64,000 nt of DNA from the NCBI RefSeq assembly GCF_009914755.1, contig NC_060938.1; one strand, written 5' to 3'. A program made the translations under genes and the position numbers. The notes beneath the pieces are model-generated. The model saw only the letters and a list, made by a program, of their open reading frames with translations, was not told where the DNA came from and made no database searches. Below, in pieces: positions 1-19,678 of this stretch (positions within the stretch are counted from its first letter, which is position 1; each line of letters opens with the position of its first letter). The stretch is from the human T2T-CHM13v2.0 reference genome, Homo sapiens.

Positions 1-22
1 ATAGCACACCACTCTCGGTTAA

Positions 23-181
<159 letters not shown>

Positions 182-295
182 TAAATCCCAAAACTGGGGC
201 CCAGAGAGAAGAGAAATCATTAAGATCACCATACTGCTTGGTATCTAAAGTAGTACTGACCCTTTTGACACCTAATCCAAAGTTTTTTCAGCTAC

Positions 296-460
296 CTCAG
301 GTTGCCCCTCATCTTCCAGCTGACACCATCCAGCACCTTTCAGATACTGGCAAAGGAGCAGTGTTTCAAAATTACTTTCCAAATGGCCTCCTAAAAGGCA
401 GTCCTCAGAGAGAAGCAAGGTTCTGCATCTTAAGCCTTCCTTGGTTTCTTAGGTTCCAAA
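296..460 (-). other. HEATR4: Possible 5' non-coding exon/TSS region of the neighbouring minus-strand gene HEATR4
   Basis: Mainly recalled gene order (HEATR4 starts on the opposite strand about 10 kb upstream of ACOT2). In sequence there is only a non-repeat island with a candidate minus-strand donor GAG|GTAGCT at 296/295. Boundaries are not verifiable here. Confidence 0.3.
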
Positions 461-665
461 GCTGTTTCTATCAGTCTCCAAGCAACCAACTCTTTAGAAT
501 TCCATGAGTCTACTCAGAGAACTTGTGGGTTCAGTCGGGGGTATATCTTCAACCATTTATTAAATTTCCTTCTTTGTAAACTGAGCTTTGAGAAATTGCA
601 TCTTATTTATTGATTATTTATTGAATGGTAGTTTCATGGAGTTTTTGGTCTTTTTTCTTTTTTGA

Positions 666-950
<285 letters not shown>

Positions 951-1020
951 TAAACCTCAGCCAGGCGCGATGGCTCACGCCTGCAATTTCAGCGCTTTGG
1001 GAGGCTGAGGTGGCGGATCA

Positions 1021-1380
<360 letters not shown>

Positions 1381-2062
1381 TTACCAGGCTGATAAAACAG
1401 ATGGTAAAGTAGAAGCTGTCCGTCGACTTTTCCATTCCCCTTTCAGCTCCTCCACTGCTACTTAATCTCCTTTGCCCACACAGTTCAATCCCATTTTCCC
1501 TGATCTCTAAATCCTGGCTAGATTATTAGCCATTAACACTAGCTTTTACAAGGAGACTCTTCAATCTTGTATTTCTAATAGTATAATTTCACACGTACAG
1601 AAATTCTTTAAGTCATAGAAGTCTTACAGATACAGAAATTCTGATCTTCAAGAGTCCCTTTGTGAAACAAACTAATTTATCCTGACAGCAGGAAAGATTT
1701 CTGGGCCTAAGGCTCTGTCTCGTTGACCCAGGTCATGCTATTCAGGTGGTCCATCTCTTGGTTCCAAGCAAGACTGCTGCTGCTGACCAACCTGAATATG
1801 GACTTTAGCACTTGAGCTCAAGCTGCACTCAGATGGTTAGACCCCCATAAAAAGCAGAGGGTACGTTTTCTGTTATGAAAAGTAAAGACTGAGCCAGGCG
1901 CTGTGGCTCACGCCCATAATCCCAGCACTTTGGGAGGCAAGTTGGGCGGATCACGAGGTCAGGAGATTTAAACCATCCTGGGTAACACGGTGAAACCCCA
2001 TCTCTACTAAAAATACAAAAAAATTAGCCAGGCGTGGTGGCAGGCGCCTGTAGTCCCAGCTA

Positions 2063-2191
<129 letters not shown>

Positions 2192-2349
2192 TTAAATACT
2201 AAAAAAATTAAACATTATAACCCTGCTAAGGCAGGAGGATCATTTGAGCCCAGGAGTTTGAGGCTGCAGTGAGCTATGATGGCACTACTGCACCCCAGCC
2301 TCAGTGACAGAGGGAGACCCTGTTTCTAATAAATCAAAACCCTGTTGAA

Positions 2350-5190
<2,841 letters not shown>

Positions 5191-5591
5191 GGCTTGTTCC
5201 AGCAGCTCATGCCTGTAATTCTAGCGCTTTGGGAGGCCAAGGCAGGAGGGTCACTTGAGACCAGAGTTCGAGACCAGTCTGGGCAACATAGCAAGACCCT
5301 GTCTCTAAAAATAAAAAAATAAATAAATAAATGGTTAAAATGAGGCCATGCATGCCTGTAATCTCACCGCTTTGGGAAGATGAGGCGGTAGGGTCACTTG
5401 TTTGGGAAGAGGAGGTGGGAGGATCCTTTGAACCCAGGAGTTCAAGGCTGCAATGAACTATCATGGTGCCATTGCACTCCAACCTGGGTGACAGAGTAAG
5501 ACCTAGTCTCTAAAAAAATAAGAGTTAAGGCCAGACACGGTGACTCACGACTGTAGTCTCAGCACTTTGGGAGGCTGAGGCGGGCAGATTA

Positions 5592-6115
<524 letters not shown>

Positions 6116-6977
6116 TTAAAAAACAAACAAACAAATAAACAAATACTATGCATAAAACCTCAAGGCTCAAGAAACAACAGTTTGAAATAGTTAGATGTGT
6201 GTTTTTTAATTTTCATGTCTTATCTTTTCTGTTTTTTGTTTTTTTTTTTTTTTTTTTAGAGATGAGATCTTGCTCTGTTGCCCAAGCTGGTATCGAACTC
6301 CTCCTGGGCTCAAGCAATCTCCTGCCTAGGACTCCCTCCTAACAGCTGGAACTACAAGCATGAACCACTGCACCCAGCTACTGGTGTATTGTTTCAGTAG
6401 TCTTTTTAAAAAATGTTAATATCTTGGTAAAAAATATATTTATACTGTTCTCTAACCTGCTTTTTTCATCAGTGTGATGGAAAAATGCTCATCATATATT
6501 CTTCTGCTATATAACTTTAGATGTCTACACTGATTTCATTTATGACATCACAATTAAACTGGTTAAACCAAATTCATATTGCTCACTTGTTTCTAATTTT
6601 TTCTCTATTAAAATGATATGATAAGCATCCTTGTAGCCAAATATTTACACACATTCATTAAGGTTTACTTAAAAGAAATTCCTAGACGTGGAGCTGAGTC
6701 AAAGAGAAGGGATCTTTTAAGTATTTTTGCACTGATTGCCATGAAAAGGTCATACCAGTTTATACATTCATCAATATATGAGTTTCTTTTCTAAATCTTC
6801 TTCAACATCATGTGAGAGACAGTTAAAGCATAGTTGTTCAGAGCCCAGGCTTGAGAATCAGATTTCAAAGGTATGAACCCTCTCCCTTTTTCTTTTCCTT
6901 TTTTTTTTTTTTTTCTGAGGAGTCTTGCTCAGTCGCCCAGGCTGGAGTGCAGTGGCCCAATCTCGGCTCACTGCAAG

Positions 6978-8391
6978 TGTGTCCAGAATTGGTGGATTCT
7001 TGGTCTCACTGACTTCAAGAATGAAGCCGTGGACCCTCACGGGAGCATTACAGCTCTTAAAGGTGGCATGTCCAGAGTTCGTTCCTTCTGATGTTCGGAT
7101 GTGTTCGGAGTTTCTTCCTTCTGGTGGGTTCATGGTCTCGCTGGCTTAGGACTGAAGCTGCGGACCTTCGTGGTGAGTGTTACAGCTCTTAAGGCGGCGT
7201 GTCTGGAGTTGTTCGTTTTTCCCGGTGAGTTCATGGTCTCGCTGGCTTCAGGAGTGAAGCTACAGACCTTGGTGGTGAGTGTTAGAGCTCATAAAGGCAG
7301 TGTGGACGCAAAGAGTGAGCAGCAGTAAGATTTATTGCAAAGAACGAAAGAACAAAGTTTCCACAGTGTGGAAGGGGGACCCCAGCGGGTTGCCACTGCT
7401 GGCTAGGGCAGCCTGCTTTTATTCTCTTATCTGGCCCCACTCACATCCTGCTGATTGGTAGAGCCCAGGGGTCTGTTTTGACAGGGCACTGATTGGTGCG
7501 TTTACAATTCCTCAGCTAGACACAAAAGTTCTCCACGTCCCCACCAGAATAGTTAGATACAGAGTGTTGACACAAAGGTTCTCCAAGTCCCCACCAGAGT
7601 AGCTAGATACAGAGTGTTGATTGGTGCATTCACAAACCCTGAGCTAGACACAGGGTGCTGATTGGTGTGTTTACAAACCTTGAGCTAGATACAGAGTGCC
7701 GATTGGTGTATTTACAATCCCCTAGCTAGACATAAAGGTTCTCCAAGTTCCCACTAGACTCAGGAGCCCAGCTGGCTTCACCCAGTGGATCGTGCACTGG
7801 GGCTGCAGGTGGAGCTGCCTGCCAGTCCCGCACCGTGAGCCCACACTCCTCAGCCCTTGGGTGGTCAATGGGACTGGGCTCCGTGGAGCAGGGGGCGGCG
7901 CTCGTCAGGGAAGCTCAGGCTGCACAGGAGCCCACGGAGGCGGGGGGAGGCTCAGGCATGGAGGGCTGCAGGTCCTAAGCCCTTTCCCGTGGGAAGGCAG
8001 CTAAGGCCCAGCGAGAAATTGAGCACAGCGCCAGTGGGCCGGCACTGCTGGGGGACCCAGCACACCCTCCGCAGCCGCTGGCCCAGGTGCTAAGCCCCTC
8101 ATTGCCCGGGGCTGGCAGGGCCAGCTGGCGGCTCCGAGTGTGGGGCCCACCAAGCCCATGCCCACCTGGAACTCCAGCTGGCCCGCAAGTGCGGAACGCA
8201 GCCTCAGTTCCCACTTGCGCCTCTCCCTCCACACCTCCCTGCAAGCTGAGGGAGACGGCTCCGGCCTTGGCCAGCCCAGAAAGGGGCTCCCACAGTGCAG
8301 CGGTGGGCTGAAGGGCTTCTCAAGTGCCGCCAAAGTGGGAGCCCAGGCAGAGGAAGTGCTGTGAGGGCTGCCAGCACGCTGTCACCTCTCA
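6978..8391 (-). mobile_element. LTR12C-like (ERV9) solo LTR inserted into an antisense Alu
   Basis: Reverse strand begins TGAGAGGTGACAGCGTGCTGGCAGCCC and ends CCAATTCTGGACACA. TSD CAAG (6974-6977, 8392-8395). Tandem CCAAT enhancer repeats (gattggtg). Alu halves rejoin as ctgcaag|ctccacc. Confidence 0.92.
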
Positions 8392-8844
8392 CAAGCTCCA
8401 CCTCTGGGGTTCACGCCATTCTCCTGCCTCAGCCTCTGGAGCAGCTGGGACTACAGGTGCCTGCCACCATGCCCAGTTAATTTCTTGTATTTTTTTTTAG
8501 TAGAGATGGGGTTTCACTGTGTTAGCCAGGATGGTGTCGATCTCCTGACCTCATGATCCACCCGCCTCAGCCTCCCAAAGTTCTGGGATTACAGGTGTGA
8601 GCCACCGCGCCCATCCCCTTTTTCTTTTTAGAGACAGGGTCTTGCTATGTTGTCCAGGTTGGTGCGAAACTCCTGGCCTTAAGCAACCCTGCCACCTCAG
8701 CCTCCAAGTAAACTGGGATTACAGGCGTGAGCCATCTTGCCCAACTTCCACTTTCTAGCTGTGTGATCTTCAGAAAATCAGTTAAATTCTCTGGGCCTTA
8801 ATTTACTGATAGGGTTCTTGTAAGTATTAACCATTAGCTACTAT

Positions 8845-9573
8845 TGAGAGGTGAAGACCGCTGGGCTTCTGGGTTGGGTGGGGACTTGGAGAACTTTTTT
8901 GTCTAGCTAAAGGATTGTAAATGCACCAATCAGCACTCTGTGTCTAGCTAAAGGTTTGTAAACGCACCAATCAGCACTGGGTAAAAACGAACCAATCAGC
9001 ACTTTGTAAAACGAACCAATCAGCACTCTGTAAAATGGAAAATCAGCGCTCTGTAAAATGGACCAATCAGCAGGACATGAGCAGGGCCAAATAAGGGAAT
9101 AAAAGCTGGTCACCCCAGCTAGTAGTGGTAACCTGCGTGAGTTCCGCTCCAGGCTGATGGAAGCTTTGTTCTTTTGTACTTCACAATAAACCTTGCTACT
9201 GCTCCTTCTTTGGGTCCATACTGCATTTCAGAGCTGTAACACCGTGAAGGTATACAGCTTCACTCCTGAAGCCAAGACCATGAACCCACTGAGAGGAACA
9301 AGAAAAACAACTCTGGACCTGCTGCCTTTATGAGCTGTAACACTCACCTTGAAGGTCTGTGGCTTTACTCTTGAAGTCGGTGAGAAGCGAGACCATGAAC
9401 CCACCAGAAGGAACACATTCCGGACGCATCTGAACATCAGAGGAAACAAACTCCAGACACACTACTTTTCAGAACTGTATTAAGAACTGTAACAGTCACT
9501 GCGAGGGTCTGCGGCTTCATTCTTGATGTCAGCGAGACCAAGAATCCACCAGAAGGAACCAATTCCAGACACA
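8845..9573 (+). mobile_element. LTR12-family (ERV9) LTR, sense to ACOT2
   Basis: Starts TGAGAGGTGAAGACCGCTGGGCTTCTGGG; repeated ACCAATCAGCACT motifs at 8925-9070; AATAAAAG TATA-like box at about 9098; ends AATTCCAGACACA. No clean TSD. Confidence 0.88.
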
Positions 9574-10619
9574 GAATTATTTGCCTTCTTACTTCCTGAG
9601 AGTTCTAGGCACAGAACATACTTGAGGTGTTATACAAAGGTAATTAGAACTGACAGGGAATTGTATGATTAATGACGTGGGACATGAGAGATTTGGAACG
9701 AGATAAAAAGGCTTACCTTGAGGACAGCCTTATTAGGAGCAGAGGCAAACACAGGTTTTGTGGGTTTGAAGCCTACACATTTATAGCTTTCTCTAATTAC
9801 ACAGGTAGGAAATTATAAAATCAGGTACAAGGGCTTGGCAGGGGCCTAAAGCTTAAGTGATGAAAAAAAAAAACACCACACCTCTGGTGAAACCAATAGC
9901 TTACGAAAAAGTAGAAAAAAGCGCGATGCATGGGGAGCTCCGGTAGTCCTTTGAGGTATTTGAGAGGCTGAGTCAGGAAGATGGCTTGAGCACCAGGAGT
10001 TGGAGGTTTGTAAGTGCAGTGATGGTAAACTGCCGCTGTACTCCAGTCTGGCAATGTAGTGAGACCCTGTCTCTCAAAAAAAAAAAGTAACCCTTGCCTG
10101 ACTGGGACAATAATTGAGAAACCAGTAAAACAAAATAATAACTATTAGCCGGGCGCGGTGGCTCATGCCTGTAAATCCTAGCATTTTGGGAGGCTGAGGC
10201 GGGCGGATTACAAAGTCAGGAGTTTGAGAAATTACTACCTATTACCCCATTTGGCTATTTTTACACTTGTAAGGAATGAAGCTCAGAGGTCACACAGCTA
10301 GTAAGAAGCCAGCACCCTTCGATGTGGGATTGATGTGGAGGATAGGCATATACAGAGAACACAAAAGCAAAACACCATGGTGCAGATTTTGAAAGAAAAG
10401 CCCTAAGATTAGTAATGAGTGTGAATTATTCAACAAAGTGATCAAAACTAACTCCAGCTCTGCATTCCTCTTCGCCATCAGGAGTTTGGAGCCTGGAGAC
10501 TGCTAGCTGCCTGGTTCTTTAAGAACCAGCCCTGGTCCAGCCCATTCCGCAGGCCAGCAAGCTTCTGAAAAGCAAACCTAGGAAGTAGCTTTCCAACATA
10601 AAGTGGAGGTTTCAACACA

Positions 10620-11600
10620 GGAGACTTTAAGCAAGTTCCAGTGTGTCTATATTTGGTCTGGCTGATCGGCTGGACTCTGGCCTTCCCCGCTCACGTTAGC
10701 AGACAGCTCTGCCCTAGTGGGCGCTTAGCCTGCGACGGCAGCCCGAGAGGATGTCTAACAAGCTTCTTTCTCCCCACCCCCATTCAGTTGTTCTCAGGTC
10801 TGAATTCAAAATGGCCTCATCTCCTGCTGTCCTTCGAGCGTCCCGGCTGTACCAATGGAGCCTGAAGAGTTCGGCGCAGTTCCTGGGGTCTCCACAGCTG
10901 AGGCAGGTTGGTCAGATCATTAGGGTTCCTGCTCGGATGGCGGCGACGCTGATCCTGGAGCCTGCGGGCCGCTGCTGCTGGGACGAACCGGTGCGAATCG
11001 CCGTGCGCGGCCTAGCCCCGGAGCAGCCGGTCACGCTGCGCGCGTCCCTGCGCGACGAGAAGGGCGCGCTTTTCCAGGCCCACGCGCGCTACCGCGCCGA
11101 CACTCTTGGCGAGCTGGACCTGGAGCGCGCGCCCGCGCTGGGCGGCAGCTTCGCGGGGCTTGAGCCCATGGGGCTGCTCTGGGCCTTGGAGCCCGAGAAA
11201 CCTTTGGTGCGGCTGGTGAAGCGCGACGTGCGAACGCCCTTGGCCGTGGAGCTGGAGGTGCTGGATGGCCACGACCCCGACCCCGGGCGGCTGCTGTGCC
11301 AGACGCGGCACGAGCGCTACTTCCTCCCGCCCGGGGTGCGGCGCGAGCCGGTGCGCGTGGGCCGGGTGCGAGGCACGCTCTTCCTGCCGCCAGGTGACTC
11401 ACCTCCGCTAATTGTTCCGTGTTCGTTCGCCTTTCACTTTGTGTGTCTCCCCCGCCCCACGCTTTTCGCTTATGTGTATGCCCCCCCGCCGCGCCCCCGG
11501 GCTATATTGCCCAGGCAGGTTTCGAATTCCTGGTCTCCAGCTATCTTCCCGCCTCTGCCTCCCTAAGAGCTGGGATTACAGGGTGAGCCACCGCGCCCGG
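10620..11600 (+). promoter_or_regulatory. ACOT2 promoter/CpG island with a DR1-like HNF4/PPAR site (TGGACTCTGGCCT, 10671-10683)
   Basis: CpG-dense exon 1; reverse-strand AGGCCA-G-AGTCCA. Confidence 0.6.
10751..11393 (+). CDS. ACOT2: Acyl-CoA thioesterase 2, coding exon 1 (62-aa N-terminal extension plus N-terminal BAAT/ACOT domain)
   Basis: MSNKLLSPH...[18 protein letters not shown]...TLFLPP; phase-1 donor G|GTGACT at 11393/11394. Confidence 0.97.
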
Positions 11601-11891
11601 CACTTTGAGGGGAGTTACACTTTTTTTTTTTTTCCGTCCCTGCCCTTTTCACACGAAGAAGGGATGTAGCTTCCAACCTTCCGGAGGTTAGTGTAAAGAA
11701 ACAGGAATGGAATGGAAAGCTGATTGGGGAAGTGTCCCTGCCGCTCCAAAACTGAGAGGTCCCTCAAACCTAGTGCTCAGTTAAAAGACATTGTAAGGGC
11801 CAGGCGCAGTGGCTCACGCTTGTAATCCCAGCACTTTGGGAAGTCTCGGCGGGCAGATCACGAGATCAAAAGATTGAGGCCATCCTGACTA

Positions 11892-12147
<256 letters not shown>

Positions 12148-12195
12148 CTAACGCCTGTAATCCTAGCGCTTTGGGAGGCCGAGGCCGGCGGATCA

Positions 12196-13240
<1,045 letters not shown>

Positions 13241-13399
13241 GGGGTATGGGGCCCAGAAATGTTCTTTAAAAGTTTCTCATTTTTGCAACTTTTCTTTGAA
13301 TTCGCACAGTATGTTAAGATTTATGTAAATTAGCATTTACAATAGGAAAACCTCTTCCTGTCAAATGGAAATTTGAGGTTACTGGATACTTTTATATTA

Positions 13400-14030
13400 C
13401 ATAAAGAGCAATCAGCCAGTGTAAAAATGAAATGATGCTTATCCTTATTAATAATCAAAGAAATGCAAAATAAAACAACAGAGTACATTTCACACCCTCA
13501 GAAGTGGCCCACTTTTAGAAGCTAGCATTATCAATTGCTGACCAGTATGTGGAGGAAATGAAACTCACTGCTAGAAGGAGCAACATATTCATCTGCTCTG
13601 GGCAACAATTTGTCTTAACTTACAAAGTTAAATATGTTATTCTACTTGTACATGTGCACCAGGAGGCATATTCCTTATAAGAGGCCAGATGAGCAGTCTG
13701 GATTAATTTAAAAAAAGAGCAAAGTCAACTGGAAACAGTCCAAATGTCCATCAACAATAGAACAGATTAATAAATTGAGGTATATTTCCAGCAGTCAAAG
13801 TGATTGAACTACAGCTACAAGAATCAACATCTATCAAGATATACAAAAGAAAAGAAAAAAAAAGAATCAACATGGATGAATCTCCAAACCACTGTTGAGT
13901 GAAACAGTCAAACCCTAGGAGAACACATTCAGTATCATTCCATTTAGATACAATTCAAAAACTAGGCAAAATAAAATATTAAGGTACATAATCTAAGTGG
14001 TAATACTATGAAGAAAACCAAGAGTGATAC
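13400..14030 (+). mobile_element. Ancient L1M(E-like) 3' fragment
   Basis: Motifs aaagaaatgcaaaataaaacaaca, ggaaacagtccaaatgtccatcaacaatagaa, catggatgaatctc. Confidence 0.65.
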
Positions 14031-14177
14031 ACAGAAAGTCCAGGATACTGGAAAGAGAGGAAAGGGCACAGGGGTCTGTGGGACGTTGATGGTTTGCGGG
14101 TATCAGCACTGAACTATGTCTTAAAAGTGTTGCCTGTAAGGTGTTTGCATTTTTTTTTTTTTTTTTTTTTTTTTTGA

Positions 14178-14480
<303 letters not shown>

Positions 14481-14897
14481 TGAAACACAAAACCTTTAAT
14501 GTAAATGATAAAAATATCAGTAAGTGGAGTCATTCAGAATGAGTAGCCTTTTGAGTCTGTCTCCGTTGAGTAAGTGCATTCTGTTGAGTGCACTGGAGAG
14601 GAATTTGTGCTCTTCTATGTAGCAGTCTTTCTTTTTGTTTCTTGGTGGTGCACCATTAAATGGATTCATTCACCAGTTAAAGGACATTTGGGTTGTTTCC
14701 AGTCTTTGGCTACAACGAGTAAAGTCACTATAAACACTTGCCAGAGGTTTCTGGACGAACAGGTTTTCATTTCTCGTGGGTAGATACCTAGGAGTGGGAT
14801 TGCTGGGTCACATGTGTGGTAAGTATATGTTTAACTTAAACCATCCAACTGTTTCAGGAATAGCTTAGTTTTGCATTTTGTTTTGTTTCTTCCCAAG

Positions 14898-15100
14898 AAC
14901 CTGGGCCCTTTCCTGGGATTGTGGACATGTTCGGAACTGGAGGTGGCCTGCTGGAGTATCGGGCTAGTCTGCTGGCTGGGAAGGGTTTTGCTGTGATGGC
15001 TCTGGCTTATTATAACTATGAAGACCTCCCCAAGACCATGGAGACGCTCCATCTGGAGTACTTTGAAGAAGCCATGAACTACTTGCTCAGTCATCCCGAG
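14898..15100 (+). CDS. ACOT2: ACOT2 coding exon 2 (203 nt)
   Basis: Acceptor ttcccaag|, encodes (E)[23 protein letters not shown]...LLSHPE, donor |GTTAGT; frame consistent with exons 1 and 3. Confidence 0.97.
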
Positions 15101-15240
15101 GTTAGTTCTTCTTTCAGATTTATGGGCTATGATGTATCAGGTCTCTTCTTAAATGGTCTGGGTTTTCACAGAAGTTAGCTCATTCATGACAGCCATTCCC
15201 TACCCCAACACACACTACCTTTTTTAGTCACTTCTTATAG

Positions 15241-15516
<276 letters not shown>

Positions 15517-15561
15517 TGAGCCACTATGCCCAGCCTAATATTTGTATTTTTTTTTTTTTAA

Positions 15562-15726
<165 letters not shown>

Positions 15727-15744
15727 TAGTAAAGAGATTCGTAG

Positions 15745-15984
<240 letters not shown>

Positions 15985-16416
15985 TGATCTCAAACTCCTG
16001 ACCTCAAATGATCCACCCGCCTCAGCCTCCCAAACTGTTGGGATTACAGGCGTCAGCCACCACTCCCGGCCATGAGATGATGTACTTGTTGATGATGACT
16101 CAGTTTAGTTATGACAGTGGGAATGGGTGGCTCAGGTGGGAGACAGAAAAAGATCATGGGAGATACGAGATTAAGGAACTGAGAAACCAGAGAATAATTG
16201 ATAGATCTTCCACATGGTTATCACCAAGAGTGGTGATGGACAAATTGTGGAAAGGAAGAGATAGAGGGGAGGTAAATTCTCAAAGTTGCAAATCTGGGTA
16301 AATGGTAGAACCTAGATTCAGACTCAGGTTCAACTAACTTCCAGGGTGGACACAACTCACCATATTCCACTGTTTGTGGAATCATTCTTCTTCTTTTTCC
16401 TTTGTCCCTTTCTCAG

Positions 16417-17022
16417 GTAAAAGGTCCAGGAGTTGGGCTGCTTGGAATTTCCAAAGGGGGTGAGCTCTGCCTTTCCATGGCCTCTTTCCTGAAGGGCATC
16501 ACGGCTGCTGTCGTCATCAACGGCTCTGTGGCCAATGTTGGGGGAACCTTACACTACAAGGGCGAGACCCTGCCCCCTGTGGGCGTCAACAGAAATCGCA
16601 TCAAGGTGACCAAAGATGGCTATGCAGACATTGTGGATGTCCTGAACAGCCCTTTGGAAGGACCTGACCAGAAGAGCTTCATTCCTGTGGAAAGGGCAGA
16701 GAGCACCTTCCTGTTCCTGGTAGGTCAGGATGACCACAACTGGAAGAGTGAGTTCTATGCTAATGAGGCCTGTAAACGCTTGCAGGCCCATGGGAGGAGA
16801 AAGCCCCAGATCATCTGTTACCCAGAGACAGGGCACTATATTGAGCCTCCTTACTTCCCCCTGTGTCGGGCTTCCCTGCATGCCTTGGTGGGCAGTCCTA
16901 TTATCTGGGGAGGGGAGCCCAGGGCTCATGCCATGGCTCAGGTGGATGCTTGGAAACAACTCCAGACTTTCTTCCACAAACACTTGGGTGGCCACGAGGG
17001 GACAATCCCATCAAAAGTGTAA
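16417..17022 (+). CDS. ACOT2: ACOT2 coding exon 3, alpha/beta-hydrolase with triad S294/D388/H422, ends -SKV; total 483 aa
   Basis: Acceptor tttctcag|GTA; motifs GISKG, GQDDH, ETGHY; TAA at 17020-17022; ATTAAA poly(A) signal at 17143-17148. Confidence 0.97.
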   Translation, partial: VKGPGVGLLGISKGGELCLSMASFLKGITAAVVINGSVANVGGTLHYKGETLPPVGVNRNRIKVTKDGYADIVDVLNSPLEGPDQKSFIPVERAESTFLFLVGQDDHNWKSEFYANEACKRLQAHGRRKPQIICYPETGHYIEPPYFPLCRASLHALVGSPIIWGGEPRAHAMAQVDAWKQLQTFFHKHLGGHEGTIPSKV

Positions 17023-17350
17023 ATTTTATTTGATCATGTGGCCTCTCTGTTGCTAATCTCTCCTGGAAACATCTGCCACATTTAGTGTGTGTATGTGTAT
17101 TCATTCTTTTGTTTTTAATAACTAAAGTTTTTTCCCCTCATTATTAAAATGAATTTACCAGTAAGAATGAGTTTTTAAGATTTTTATAAACTGTATACTT
17201 TATCAGTTTGGGAAGGGAGTAACTGTAGGAAACACAAGAAGTGGAAAAAGTCTCCTCTTCCTATCTCAACACACAACTGATAAGGCTTTAGTTCTGAAAG
17301 GAAAAGTGAGTAACATCAATTAACAGTGTCTGGTACGTAAATGGAGTTCA

Positions 17351-17512
<162 letters not shown>

Positions 17513-18028
17513 TTAGCCAGGCGTGGTGGCAGGCACCTGTAGTCACAGCTACTTGGGAGGCTGAGGCAGGAGAATTGCTTGAACCTGGGAGGCGGAGGTT
17601 GCAGTGAGAAGAGGTTGCAGTGAGAAAAGATTGTGCTACTACCCTCCAGCCTGGGCAACAGCAAGACTCTGCCTCAAAAATTAATTAATTAATTAATTAA
17701 ATGATTACCTACTGTGGAAGAAAAGCACATAATATAAAAAGTGTATCAGATTTGAGTTCCTCCTTTAAGAATGGAAGTTAACATCTTGCCTATAAACTGA
17801 TTACTAGTTAGATATAAAACTACTAAAAATTTTCAAAACCAATACATATTTAGTTCTTTGATATCTTCTCCTTGGATTAATAAGGATTCTCCTAGTGCAA
17901 ATAAATTTTACATTCCTGTTTATACATATGGACTTTTAGGATTTGTTTCAAAAGCTGATAAAACATTATTGAGATGAATTACATAAGTGATTTTAACAAT
18001 GACAAATGTGAAGTTAAATAACAATTTA

Positions 18029-18383
<355 letters not shown>

Positions 18384-18421
18384 TTAAACCTTAGTTGTAT
18401 TTAAAGGAAAAAAAACCTTAA

Positions 18422-18571
<150 letters not shown>

Positions 18572-19351
18572 TGAGACCACACAGGCACACACCACCATGC
18601 CTGGCTAATTTTTAATTTTTTGTACAGATGGGGTCTCCCAGTGTTGCCCAGACTAGCCTTGAATTACCGAGCTCAAACAATCCTCCTGCCTCAGCCTCCC
18701 AAAGTGCTGAAATTACAGGTGTGAGCCACCGCTGCCAGCTTCCGGCACCTTTTTTCTAAAGGAATTCATGGTTTTGTAGCAGTAGAATATAACCAGATCT
18801 ACAGTAGAGAGATGATACCCTGAGATGAAGCTACCTCCTGTGTTACTCTGCAACCCAGGAATGCAGCTGGTGCCATGTCTCCAAACTTCCACAAGAATGC
18901 CAGTGCTGGGCATGGAGCCCCATTTAGAGTACACATGACCTGAGGCTCTGAAAACTCTTAGAGATGATGCAATCTGGGACAGTTGCTCATAGCTGGCCTG
19001 GCCAAGTCCCACCCCAAGATGCCAGGCCACAACACAAAATTTCAAGTCATATTGTTTTATCTTTTCCCTTGCAATTATATAGTATATGACTCTCTTAGAA
19101 AAGTGCAATAGTTAAAACTTGTTTTAGTAGATGCTAGATCCCAAACTTGAGTCTGCTGAAGCCCTTTTGAGACCTTAGGGACCCTATTCCCCATTCTTAG
19201 AAATTCGGGCTGGTGAATATTAAAAGCACTACAGATGAGCTGGTGGGTGTAGAAGCACATGCCTGTAATCCCAGCTACTTGGGAGGCTGAGGCAGTAGGA
19301 TTGCTTGAGCCCAGGAGTTCAAGTCAGCCTGGGTAACATAGTGGGACATGA

Positions 19352-19678
<327 letters not shown>

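Noticed and set aside
7480-7760. Regularly spaced short repeats (also 8900-9070, 31680-31880) superficially like a CRISPR array
   Set aside because: Normal ERV9/LTR12 U3 enhancer repeats in eukaryotic DNA.
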